Virus record (IMG/VR): IMGVR_UViG_3300013233_000093
Coordinates: 124,001 to 188,000 of that record
Reading direction: 5' to 3' (one strand)
DNA length: 64,000 nucleotides
Below, piece by piece: positions 28,543 through 36,790 of this stretch (position 1 is its first letter; every line of letters starts with the position of its first letter). Below the pieces are notes generated by a model. That model did not search any database and had not been told where the DNA came from. It saw only the letters and a list, made by a program, of their open reading frames with translations. The translations under genes and the position numbers were made by a program.

Positions 28543-29352
28543 ATGAAGACTAATGAAATACACGGTTACGAAGTTGGCACTGGTAGCGCGCACGTATACA
28601 CTTCGCATGAAGTTGCTCTTTCAGATATGGCACAGGCACTCGTTAACGCACACGCAACGTCGTGTGCCGGGGGCAATGTCACGGTAAGTATCGACGCTGT
28701 ATTGGTTAACGCAGACACAGTCGCTGCCCGTTTATCTGAAAACGTAAAACATTGTGGGAACTACGTGCACATGGCACAATGTTACCGTAATCGCATTGAG
28801 TCCGTGTTAAGAGTAATGCACCGTGTGTATCCGGAGTTCGACGAATCGTATTTGATGGTCGATGGCGGTGACTACGTTACTGTCAAGTATGACGGCGAGG
28901 AATCGCCAATTGACAGTCTTCCCGCGGGCGTGTTAGCAATACTAAACATAGTGACTGAAATTATAGAAAGCATGCCACTCACTGGTTATGCGTATAAATC
29001 TGAAGAAGAGTCGGTCACGGTATGCATCTACCGTCTCGGATCAGGACTTCTGTCAAAAGACCAGCCCTTGATTGTACGAAAGTTAGCACAGGCGTTTCCA
29101 AATACAGATTTTTACATTACGACCGATTCCGTATTGATTATCTCTAGGTTAATCACCGGCGAGCTTAAGGTGGTAAGGAAAACACCTCGTGGATTGGAAT
29201 ACGAAGAGGTCGAATCTCCGTATGCGATGAGTACCGGTGACCTAATAAAGGCCGCATTTGGCGTGGATATGAATCAGGTCAAGGTTAAGAATGCTTCTGC
29301 CGCTGGACAGCTAGCTGCAAAGAAAGCATTGCTTAGGCTTATAGAAAGATAA
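28543..29352 (+). CDS. Degenerate ABC/AAA_21-type ATPase (PtuA-like) with catalytic motifs lost
   Basis: DSLPAG (signature), VCIYRLGSGLLSKDQ (Walker B/D-loop position), FPNTDFYITTDSVLII (H-loop), SPYAMSTGDLIKAAFGVD; no Walker A. Confidence 0.7.
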   Translation: MKTNEIHGYEVGTGSAHVYTSHEVALSDMAQALVNAHATSCAGGNVTVSIDAVLVNADTVAARLSENVKHCGNYVHMAQCYRNRIESVLRVMHRVYPEFDESYLMVDGGDYVTVKYDGEESPIDSLPAGVLAILNIVTEIIESMPLTGYAYKSEEESVTVCIYRLGSGLLSKDQPLIVRKLAQAFPNTDFYITTDSVLIISRLITGELKVVRKTPRGLEYEEVESPYAMSTGDLIKAAFGVDMNQVKVKNASAAGQLAAKKALLRLIER

Positions 29353-29353
29353 A

Positions 29354-29416
29354 CCTCACCGTTTATTCAAAACTATATCACTTAAGGGATAGATAACGTG
29401 TTGTTGTCTTTAGACT
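29354..29416 (+). promoter_or_regulatory. Early promoter cassette copy 4
   Basis: cctcaccgtt TATTCAAAACTATATCAC ttaaggg atagataacgtgttgttgtcttta. Confidence 0.85.
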
Positions 29417-29433
29417 AGAAGAGAGAATGTGAT

Positions 29434-29910
29434 ATGATAACCATTGATGTGGATATCGATTTTGGATATATGCCAGTTGGTATATTTCGAAGCGACGGTG
29501 TCTGTAGTGCACAGGAGTTTTCAGAAGACTTGCTTGTGCCTGCGCTGAAAACGGGAGACGTGGTGACGGTAGTCTTTGATGGGTTCGTCGTGACTCCGTC
29601 AGCTGCCTGGTTACGCGCGGTGTTCGAGGGACTTGTCACAGTGCACGGGTTCTGTAAAGAGGACTTATTGAAAACCCTGTACGTGACCTCCACCTTTAAG
29701 TCTATTGCCTCGCTGTCTTACGCGTACATGGAACTTGCAGGCGTGGACATGGGCGATATGTACACCGGCCAATACCTCATGGCGAATAAGATATCCCTGG
29801 ACAACTGGCATGACAGAAAGCCCGTAGACGAAGAATACAGCAAAACAAGTTTTATCCAACGCTTGCGCATTCGTGTACGTAACTACCTAAGAAGGATGTA
29901 TATATGTTAG
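29434..29910 (+). CDS. STAS-like domain protein (DUF4325-like)
   Basis: DG..SAQEF.EDLLVPAL...DVVTVVFDG...SAAWL..VF.GLV..HGF..EDL matches the recalled DUF4325 pattern. Confidence 0.75.
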   Translation: MITIDVDIDFGYMPVGIFRSDGVCSAQEFSEDLLVPALKTGDVVTVVFDGFVVTPSAAWLRAVFEGLVTVHGFCKEDLLKTLYVTSTFKSIASLSYAYMELAGVDMGDMYTGQYLMANKISLDNWHDRKPVDEEYSKTSFIQRLRIRVRNYLRRMYIC

Positions 29911-30458
29911 ATCGATTGAAAGCCCTGGACTCACGCCAACGGTTTATAGCGCTTGTCACAGCAGGCGTTCTGTTGCTTGGCTGGTTTATATACGCAGGTT
30001 TTGATACCCGCGCATACCGTGTGGCAAACTGCACTACCAGGTCAACGTCATACTTAGTGGCGCATTATTCTGAACCTAAGGTCGAAGTAGGGGTTGATGC
30101 TGACGGCACGCCTTACGCGAATTATTACGACGACACATGGAGTGAACGCGTTTCTATGACGTCTAAGGCATCTCGTCGTAACGACGAGGGCGTGGTGCAT
30201 ACTGGAGGGTTTATAATGACACACGGTTATCCTGTGGCTAAGCGTCCTGAACTCTACGATGACTTTGTACGTGGACGATGGTTTGTGCGGATCACAGAAA
30301 GAAGAACCAGAGATTTGACCGTGGGTTTGATCTCGGGCGACGACAAGATGGATGTGGGCAACGACATAGAAGACTATGGTCGTTGTATGGCTAAACGAGG
30401 CGGCTTAATAAACCTCAAAACGTGGTGGGGATTGGCCTCCGACGTAAAGTTTAACTAA
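29904..30458 (+). CDS. Membrane-anchored protein
   Basis: N-terminal TM FIALVTAGVLLLGWFIYAGF. Confidence 0.8.
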   Translation: MLDRLKALDSRQRFIALVTAGVLLLGWFIYAGFDTRAYRVANCTTRSTSYLVAHYSEPKVEVGVDADGTPYANYYDDTWSERVSMTSKASRRNDEGVVHTGGFIMTHGYPVAKRPELYDDFVRGRWFVRITERRTRDLTVGLISGDDKMDVGNDIEDYGRCMAKRGGLINLKTWWGLASDVKFN

Positions 30459-30471
30459 CAGGAACAATACG

Positions 30472-30921
30472 ATGAACGTAAGAAATGTGAAAGACATGAA
30501 GTTAACGCGCATTAGCGATAATGCATTCGACCCTAGCAAGTTTCAGCCTGTTTCAATGGTGGATTTGCACAAGCCCGTGAACGGTCTCTGGCTGTCACCT
30601 ACAGACAGTGATTATGGATGGGCGGACTGGTGTAAGCGCGAAGACTATTACACGGGAGATCGTGTAGAGGAGTTTTTGTACACAGGTAAAACCGCAGTCA
30701 TTGACTGTGACGACGATTACGAGTCATTTGCCTGGCGGTACCCGAGAAACGACGGGAGCTCTTACATTGATTATGTCTCTATGTCCGAGCACTTCGATGC
30801 AGTGCATTTGACCAGCAACGGTCTTAAGGAAATGCGTTGGGAGAACTCAGACATTTATCTTTGGGATTGCGAAACCGTGTTGATTTTCAATATCTCTACG
30901 ATTACGTTAAACGCCAAGTAA
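30472..30921 (+). CDS. Phage protein, possible ADP-ribosyltransferase-like fold
   Basis: KP..GLWLS, W.DWC, FDAVHLT and WDCET.LIFN motifs; the fold assignment is tentative. Confidence 0.4.
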   Translation: MNVRNVKDMKLTRISDNAFDPSKFQPVSMVDLHKPVNGLWLSPTDSDYGWADWCKREDYYTGDRVEEFLYTGKTAVIDCDDDYESFAWRYPRNDGSSYIDYVSMSEHFDAVHLTSNGLKEMRWENSDIYLWDCETVLIFNISTITLNAK

Positions 30922-30931
30922 CGTAAATCGT

Positions 30932-30971
30932 AAAATAGGCTACTGTTTATACAGCAGCTTATTTTTTTTTT
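30932..30971 (+). terminator. Canonical intrinsic terminator
   Basis: aataggctactgt-ttat-acagcagcttatt followed by a T-run. Confidence 0.75.
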
Positions 30972-31050
30972 AACCACGCAGTAACCTATGGACGCCGCGG
31001 GTGAAATCGTATGTATCCATAGCACATCAAACAACTTAGAGGGTTCTAAG

Positions 31051-32064
31051 ATGACAAATGACAAAAAGCTTTTGGTTTTAATCGGGAGATTTCAACCAAC
31101 CACCAACGCACACGTGGAGCTTATCAAGCAATCCATTAAGCCGGGTGAAGATCTGTTAATCGTGATAGGCAGTGCATACGCACCACGCACGGTGAAAAAT
31201 CCGTTCACGGCTCAAGAACGTGCGGGCATGCTGGAACACGCATTACGGGCAGCAGGGATCGGATGTGGTATTCACATAGCGTACGTTCGGGATCAACGGT
31301 ATAGTCCCGCGCAGTGGATATCCGACGTACAGGTAAAGATCAGTATGTACCCGACCTCTGTAGATAACGTGACCTTGCTAGGACATCATAAGGACTCGTC
31401 GTCTCAATATCTTGACGATTTTCCAGATTATGGATATCGGGAAGGTACAAAGTTTGGCGACAACCTTAGCGCCACGACCATTCGAGATGGGTATTTCGAG
31501 TACGGCCTGGTGTTTGACGATGTACCGCTTAACGTGAAGGTGTTCATGCGTGACTTTAAAAGGACGCCTGAATACGACGCTCTTCGAACAGCGTGGACGG
31601 ACAACAAACTTTACCAAGCGTCATGGTCACGTAGCCCATACCCGCCCACGTTCATTACAGGCGATGCAGTGGTGATACAATCCAGTCACGTATTGCTTGT
31701 TAAACGCCGTGATAATCCAGGCAAGGGCTTGTTAGCATTACCTGGAGGATTCTTAGATCCTATTGAAACAGTAGAGGACTGTATACTACGAGAACTTAAG
31801 GAAGAGACTCGTATTAACTTGCCGGTGAGATTACTGCGTGACAAGCTAAAGCACATCCGTGTGTTTGATGCACCCGATCGATCGCTTCGCGGTCGTACGG
31901 TAACACACGCAGGATTATTTCTTCTGCAAGGTAAAGAGATGCCAAAGGTCAAAGGATCTGACGACGCTGAAGTCGCATCATGGGTACCACTGGCGTCATT
32001 GGACCCGGGTGTGATGTACGAAGACCATTACGACATTATCAAGGCCTTAACGGGTAACTTGTAA
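31051..32064 (+). CDS. nadM: Bifunctional NMN adenylyltransferase / Nudix ADP-ribose pyrophosphatase (NadM-Nudix, NatV-like)
   Basis: GRFQPTTNAH, NPFTAQER, SATTIR; Nudix box GGFLDPIETVEDCILRELKEET; start set at the ATG after GAGG. Confidence 0.95.
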   Translation: MTNDKKLLVLIGRFQPTTNAHVELIKQSIKPGEDLLIVIGSAYAPRTVKNPFTAQERAGMLEHALRAAGIGCGIHIAYVRDQRYSPAQWISDVQVKISMYPTSVDNVTLLGHHKDSSSQYLDDFPDYGYREGTKFGDNLSATTIRDGYFEYGLVFDDVPLNVKVFMRDFKRTPEYDALRTAWTDNKLYQASWSRSPYPPTFITGDAVVIQSSHVLLVKRRDNPGKGLLALPGGFLDPIETVEDCILRELKEETRINLPVRLLRDKLKHIRVFDAPDRSLRGRTVTHAGLFLLQGKEMPKVKGSDDAEVASWVPLASLDPGVMYEDHYDIIKALTGNL

Positions 32065-32095
32065 GTCGTTCATTAACTTAATAGAGGGTTCTATT

Positions 32096-33532
32096 ATGAG
32101 AGATATATACGCACGTAACATGAGTGTTAACACCGATTCATACAAGGTCACCATGCCACCGCAGTACCCACCAGGTACTACTAACATTTGGGACTACATT
32201 GAATCTCGAGGCGGTCTGTACGATGCCACTTTGTTTTGCGGTATCCAGGCGTACCTCAAAGAGTATCTATCCATTCCCGTGACTAAGGAAATGGTGGATT
32301 TCTCCGAGGTCTTTTGGAAGGCACATGGTGTGCGCTATGATCGTGCCCAGTGGGATTACGTTGTAGAAAACCATGATGGCTTACTGCCTCTGGAGATCAG
32401 AGCGCTTCCAGAAGGCACCGTCTTGAAAACCCGTAACATTCTTGTCAGTGTGGTAAACACAGATGAGAAATGTAAATGGGCTACTACGTGGATCGAGAAG
32501 TCTTTACTGCGTGCTGTATGGTACGCGACATCTGTCGCTACTGTGTCGTACAACATCAAGAAAGACATCGCGCGGTTCTTACGTGACACCTCAGATGCAG
32601 GCATGATGGATCTGCGTTACATGTTACATGACTTTGGTGGACGGGGCGTAAGCTCCTTTGAATCCGCCGGTCTTGGCAGCATGGCGCATGGCTTATGTTT
32701 CGGTGGTACAGATACCCCTGAAGGCATCTTGGCTTCTATGGAGTATTATAACTCCGATGTAGCCAGTCACTCTTTATGGGGGGCTATGGAGCACAGTACG
32801 GTTACGTCTTGGGGCCGCGAAAACGAACGCCTGTCGTATGCAAACATGATCGATGAGTTTGCCGTCCCTAACGGTAAGTTTGCGATGCTGATCGATTCGT
32901 ACGATGTGTTCCACGCTGCACGGGTGATTATCGGTGAAGAGCTTCGCCAAAAGATCATCGACTGCGGCGCGCAGGTGATACTACGTCCTGACTCGGGAGA
33001 TCCTGTAACAGTGATGTTAGAGCTTCTGGAGATCCTGGGTGAGAAGTTTGGATACGACGTCAACAGTAAGGGGTATAAGATGCTCCGTACGGTGAGTTTG
33101 ATCCAAGGCGATGGCGTTTGTCACGATACCATCCTTAAGATGCTACAGGCCATTAAGGACGCTGGATGGGCTACGCTTAATGTAAGTTACGGCATGGGCG
33201 GTGCGCTACTGCAGATTCCAGATCGTGACATGCAGAAGTTTGCCATGAAGTGCAGCGCCATTAAAGTAAACGGTGAGTGGCGTACCGTGTATAAAGATCC
33301 TATCACAGATAAGGGCAAGCGTTCTAAAGCAGGACGTCTCGATCTTGTCAAGGGATGGGATGATACTGCGCGTGACAACTACTTTACCGATGTCATCGGC
33401 GATGAACCGCGCCCCAATAGTCTTTTGCGGACTGTCTGGCGTAACGGCAAGTTGCTGGTGGATGACGATTATAAGATGCTTCGTGATCGCGCCGGGTGGA
33501 ACGACTCCATAGAAGACTTTATAACTCGTTAG
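32096..33532 (+). CDS. nadV: Nicotinamide phosphoribosyltransferase
   Basis: TDSYK, HDFG.RG, MEHSTVTSWG, DSYD, LRPDSGDP, IQGDG, GMGGALLQ, KDPITD.GK.SK.G. Confidence 0.96.
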   Translation: MRDIYARNMSVNTDSYKVTMPPQYPPGTTNIWDYIESRGGLYDATLFCGIQAYLKEYLSIPVTKEMVDFSEVFWKAHGVRYDRAQWDYVVENHDGLLPLEIRALPEGTVLKTRNILVSVVNTDEKCKWATTWIEKSLLRAVWYATSVATVSYNIKKDIARFLRDTSDAGMMDLRYMLHDFGGRGVSSFESAGLGSMAHGLCFGGTDTPEGILASMEYYNSDVASHSLWGAMEHSTVTSWGRENERLSYANMIDEFAVPNGKFAMLIDSYDVFHAARVIIGEELRQKIIDCGAQVILRPDSGDPVTVMLELLEILGEKFGYDVNSKGYKMLRTVSLIQGDGVCHDTILKMLQAIKDAGWATLNVSYGMGGALLQIPDRDMQKFAMKCSAIKVNGEWRTVYKDPITDKGKRSKAGRLDLVKGWDDTARDNYFTDVIGDEPRPNSLLRTVWRNGKLLVDDDYKMLRDRAGWNDSIEDFITR

Positions 33533-33543
33533 ACAATAAGACA

Positions 33544-33579
33544 CGAAGCTGGGATTTCCAGCTTCGGTCTTTTATTTTT
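33544..33579 (+). terminator. Canonical intrinsic terminator
   Basis: cgaagctgg-gattt-ccagcttcg followed by T-rich sequence. Confidence 0.85.
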
Positions 33580-33594
33580 GCTGTGTTGACTAAA

Positions 33595-33643
33595 TATTTA
33601 AAACTATATCACTATTATGATAGATAACGTGTTGTTGTCTTTA
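33595..33643 (+). promoter_or_regulatory. Early promoter cassette copy 5
   Basis: TATTTAAAACTATATCACTATTATGA tagataacgtgttgttgtcttta. Confidence 0.9.
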
Positions 33644-33694
33644 GACTAAGGATACGTCCCGGGCATTTAACTAGCCCATAACAGGAGCAATAGA

Positions 33695-34045
33695 ATGAGT
33701 GATTTATACGATGTAAATGGTAAAGAAGCAGCGGAGTCTATCTATACCAGATTGACTTGGTTAAGTCATGAATGGGATCAATACGCACCCGATCTTGCAA
33801 GTGCATTTGGTATAAGCCGCTCTGAAATTATTACATGTCCCTCTATAACGGAATGTGATGATTTATCAGAAACTGACCTGGTCTACACTGATAACGTATC
33901 GTCCGCCTTGAAAGCATACAAACACGGCGCTGGTATAGTTTTGATAAATCGATACAGGCCGTATGGTGGCATAGCTAAGATAACCGTGGAAACAATCCAT
34001 GGTAGTTGTGTATACATGAGCTTAGATCAATATCCAGACGCTTAA
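33695..34045 (+). CDS. Hypothetical early protein
   Basis: 116 aa; AGGAG RBS. Confidence 0.75.
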   Translation: MSDLYDVNGKEAAESIYTRLTWLSHEWDQYAPDLASAFGISRSEIITCPSITECDDLSETDLVYTDNVSSALKAYKHGAGIVLINRYRPYGGIAKITVETIHGSCVYMSLDQYPDA

Positions 34046-34060
34046 CAGAGGTTTATTAGT

Positions 34061-34459
34061 ATGTTTAAGAAAGATTTAGATCGGTTACTAGCGGCACCTA
34101 CACTGCGCAAACTTGCGTTGTTCATTTCGGAACAGGCGTCATCTGAAGAGACACTGATTTCGTTCCTGGCGTATAACGACAACGGAGTGCCGATGGCGAA
34201 ACGTTATGGACTTCCGGAAATGCCCTTTGAAGCAGGCATCGCAATATCCACCACGGTAACGCATAAATTGGTAGATGATGTGAAACGTACAGCAGTGCAC
34301 GTACACCTTACCACCGCTGACGAGGATGTGTTTACAATCCAGTTGACGTACAAGCGGGATAAGACGTTTATCGAACCACAAGTCTGGCGCACTGGCGAAC
34401 ATTTAAACATTCCATTTATGGATAAAGATATTCTAAACCAAACAGGAGCAATTGCATGA
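34061..34459 (+). CDS. Hypothetical protein
   Basis: 132 aa; GAGG RBS; ATGA-coupled to the HTH gene. Confidence 0.75.
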   Translation: MFKKDLDRLLAAPTLRKLALFISEQASSEETLISFLAYNDNGVPMAKRYGLPEMPFEAGIAISTTVTHKLVDDVKRTAVHVHLTTADEDVFTIQLTYKRDKTFIEPQVWRTGEHLNIPFMDKDILNQTGAIA

Positions 34460-34824
34460 GTAAATTTGTTACCGAGTTGATGCAAGACTTTGCATCTAAA
34501 GAATATAGCGAGGGCTACACACAAGAGTATCTGACATCCAGGCTGGGTGCACAGATCTCCGTGGTGCGTAAAGATCGGGGCATGGGTCTGGATGAACTTG
34601 CTAACCTTGCAGAGGTAACGTTAGAGGTACTATCCGACATCGAGTCTGGCAATATGTCTCACGCCACACCAGCTATTCTATTGCGGATCGCAAGCGAGTT
34701 AGACGTGTGCTTTGACTTCCGCTTAACGAGTTACAGGTCTGTGGCTGAGGACATCGATGCGTTGTCAGAGGACGCATTGCACGTGCCCAGTCGTATGGAT
34801 GATGTGGCTAACGATAATGATTGA
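34456..34824 (+). CDS. XRE-family HTH protein (antitoxin/repressor-like)
   Basis: LGAQISVVRKDRGMGLDELANLAEVTLEVLSDIESG...LLRIASELDV. Confidence 0.85.
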   Translation: MSKFVTELMQDFASKEYSEGYTQEYLTSRLGAQISVVRKDRGMGLDELANLAEVTLEVLSDIESGNMSHATPAILLRIASELDVCFDFRLTSYRSVAEDIDALSEDALHVPSRMDDVANDND

Positions 34825-34911
34825 CTGGCTACCATCGGCTAAAACGGTTACAACTTCCTCAGAAGGAGTATAGATTAATGCACACGTCAACAGAGACCAT
34901 TTAACACACAC

Positions 34912-34956
34912 CTACCCACTGGCATTGCCAGTGGGTAGTATGCAGGTTTTATTTTT
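34912..34956 (+). terminator. Hairpin + TATGCAGG + T-tract
   Basis: ctacccactggc-att-gccagtgggtag. Confidence 0.8.
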
Positions 34957-35001
34957 ACCATCGCCACTGTACTATGAACCTATTATAGAAGGATTAATAA
35001 A

Positions 35002-35934
35002 ATGTCAGATTTAACCACAGCAATACAAGTTAAGCATGAACGACACTACGGCAATTACCCATTCAAGGCACGGGGATTTATTGTTAAGTTCGAAAATGAC
35101 TGCATCGTAGTATCAACAGATGACAGTTATGCGGATGATCCTAAAATAGAGGTATGGGGCGTATCAAGCCTTTGCGAAGACAGCACATTAATCAGGGTCA
35201 ATGTCTGTAACCCCGACGGCAGAAATTCGTTCACTAGCGAGTGGGTTATGCCAAACAGCCTTTATCCAGAGGGGTTTCGTAACCCTAACGATCTTTGGGC
35301 AGATGATGCGAATTACTGGGAAGTGCATTACCAGGCAGGCCACCAATTAGCCGTCGGGATTGAGTTTCAAGATAACGTTAAGCTTATTGATGCTACAAAC
35401 ACTAACCCGCTCTACAAGTTATTGACTTGCATTGCTAACGGTGATTTTAGCATAGCACCTTTAGACGAGGATGTCGCTACACATGCAAGGCTATTAGCCA
35501 CGTATCACGCATTATCTGATAAAACACGGTCTATGGTTAAAGAAGAGTTAGTTACGCTGGGTATACCTTGCATGGCGGCGCTAGATGAGTTTGACATCCA
35601 CGCTCTTTCTACCTACGACGATCATTACGAAGCCATACGTAAAGTAGTATCGAAGGGCAAGCAAGATGGCGTCCTTCTATCTGATAACGATTCGACGAAG
35701 GTGAAAATGCAAACGTTTCGTTATATGACGGAAGGACTTGCGCTTATCGCCCTATACCCTTCCGTAAGCAATGATTTATACAAACTGTTGCGTACTCATA
35801 ACAAAACACGTCTATGTGATTTGTCAGAAGCCCGCACCGAGTACGTTTTACAGGAAGCGATGGCGTTATGCAACTGGCTTATGAAATACAATCCACTAAT
35901 CCAACAAGTATCAGGAGATGCTAATAATGTTTAA
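35002..35934 (+). CDS. Hypothetical protein
   Basis: 310 aa; AAGGA RBS. Confidence 0.8.
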   Translation: MSDLTTAIQVKHERHYGNYPFKARGFIVKFENDCIVVSTDDSYADDPKIEVWGVSSLCEDSTLIRVNVCNPDGRNSFTSEWVMPNSLYPEGFRNPNDLWADDANYWEVHYQAGHQLAVGIEFQDNVKLIDATNTNPLYKLLTCIANGDFSIAPLDEDVATHARLLATYHALSDKTRSMVKEELVTLGIPCMAALDEFDIHALSTYDDHYEAIRKVVSKGKQDGVLLSDNDSTKVKMQTFRYMTEGLALIALYPSVSNDLYKLLRTHNKTRLCDLSEARTEYVLQEAMALCNWLMKYNPLIQQVSGDANNV

Positions 35935-35986
35935 CTTATTTGACATGCCTTAATGCACCACTGGGCCGTCGTCAGTGATCGTCGGT

Positions 35987-36028
35987 TATTCAAAACTATA
36001 TCACTATTATGATAACGATCGTGTTATC
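35987..36028 (+). promoter_or_regulatory. Early promoter cassette copy 6
   Basis: TATTCAAAACTATATCACTATTATGA; hairpin gataac-gatcgt-gttatc. Confidence 0.9.
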
Positions 36029-36059
36029 TAACCTTTAAACAACCAAAGAGATTCGAACT

Positions 36060-36716
36060 ATGAGTACCGATTTAAACGCGTTTGTTGTTATGCATGATAC
36101 GATTGACCGTCTCGTAAAGTTCGGTCTGGAAGGCCGTGATGGCACCATCAAACGGATGGTGGAACGCAACGAAGACTTTTGGCGCTATGCACTTGTTGAG
36201 GAATGTGCGGAGGTGTTGAACGAACTGGGATACAAGCCTTGGAAGTCCGCCGACGTTATCAAGGCCATGCTGGAGCTGGGTGACGTGTGGTACTACGTCG
36301 TAGTAGGCTTTGGCAGGGATAGTCGTGACGACAAAATGCCTGGGGAGTTGACTGAGCTTATGCTTGGAGACGTACGTCCACGTGAAAAGACATTGCCGGA
36401 TGCAGCCGTAGAGCTTATTTCGTACGCGGCGCGAAAGAAGTTACCGGAAGTGGTAACGCAAATGCGTTGCATGGTGAAGATGATGGGGTATTCCACGAAC
36501 GAGTTCTTTAAGATGCAGATGTGGAAATCTGCGTTGGTAGAGCGTCGTTACGCGTACACCGACACTCACGCCGCTAAACAGGTAACTTATCGTGGCAACG
36601 AGATGACGGATGACGCGGCACTTGCCAGTTGGCTTGGAGAGGGCACCTGGCGTGAGTCAGATGCAGAGATGGACAAGACTGAAATGCGCGACTTTCTCAT
36701 GAGTATCATGAGCTAG
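36060..36716 (+). CDS. Divergent dimeric dUTPase / all-alpha NTP pyrophosphatase homologue
   Basis: EECAEV..LGYKPWK and MLELGDVWYY; C-terminal dUTPase motifs are eroded. Confidence 0.75.
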   Translation: MSTDLNAFVVMHDTIDRLVKFGLEGRDGTIKRMVERNEDFWRYALVEECAEVLNELGYKPWKSADVIKAMLELGDVWYYVVVGFGRDSRDDKMPGELTELMLGDVRPREKTLPDAAVELISYAARKKLPEVVTQMRCMVKMMGYSTNEFFKMQMWKSALVERRYAYTDTHAAKQVTYRGNEMTDDAALASWLGEGTWRESDAEMDKTEMRDFLMSIMS

Positions 36717-36790
36717 TCGTAAAATTACATCAACGCACAGACACTCCGTTTGTGCGTTTACATTAGAACCACCCATAGAAGGATAGAAAT

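Noticed and set aside
30972-31050. NAD-sensing riboswitch upstream of nadM
   Set aside because: Only a modest stem (ctatgga/tccatag) is present, with no recognisable match to known NAD riboswitch cores
32096-33532. NARP1 (Namat) assignment
   Set aside because: No PRPP-synthetase-like Adps gene is adjacent; the partner is NMNAT-Nudix
34061-34824. HigBA-type toxin-antitoxin pair
   Set aside because: The gene order fits, but the upstream protein shows no RelE/HigB motifs that I can recognise
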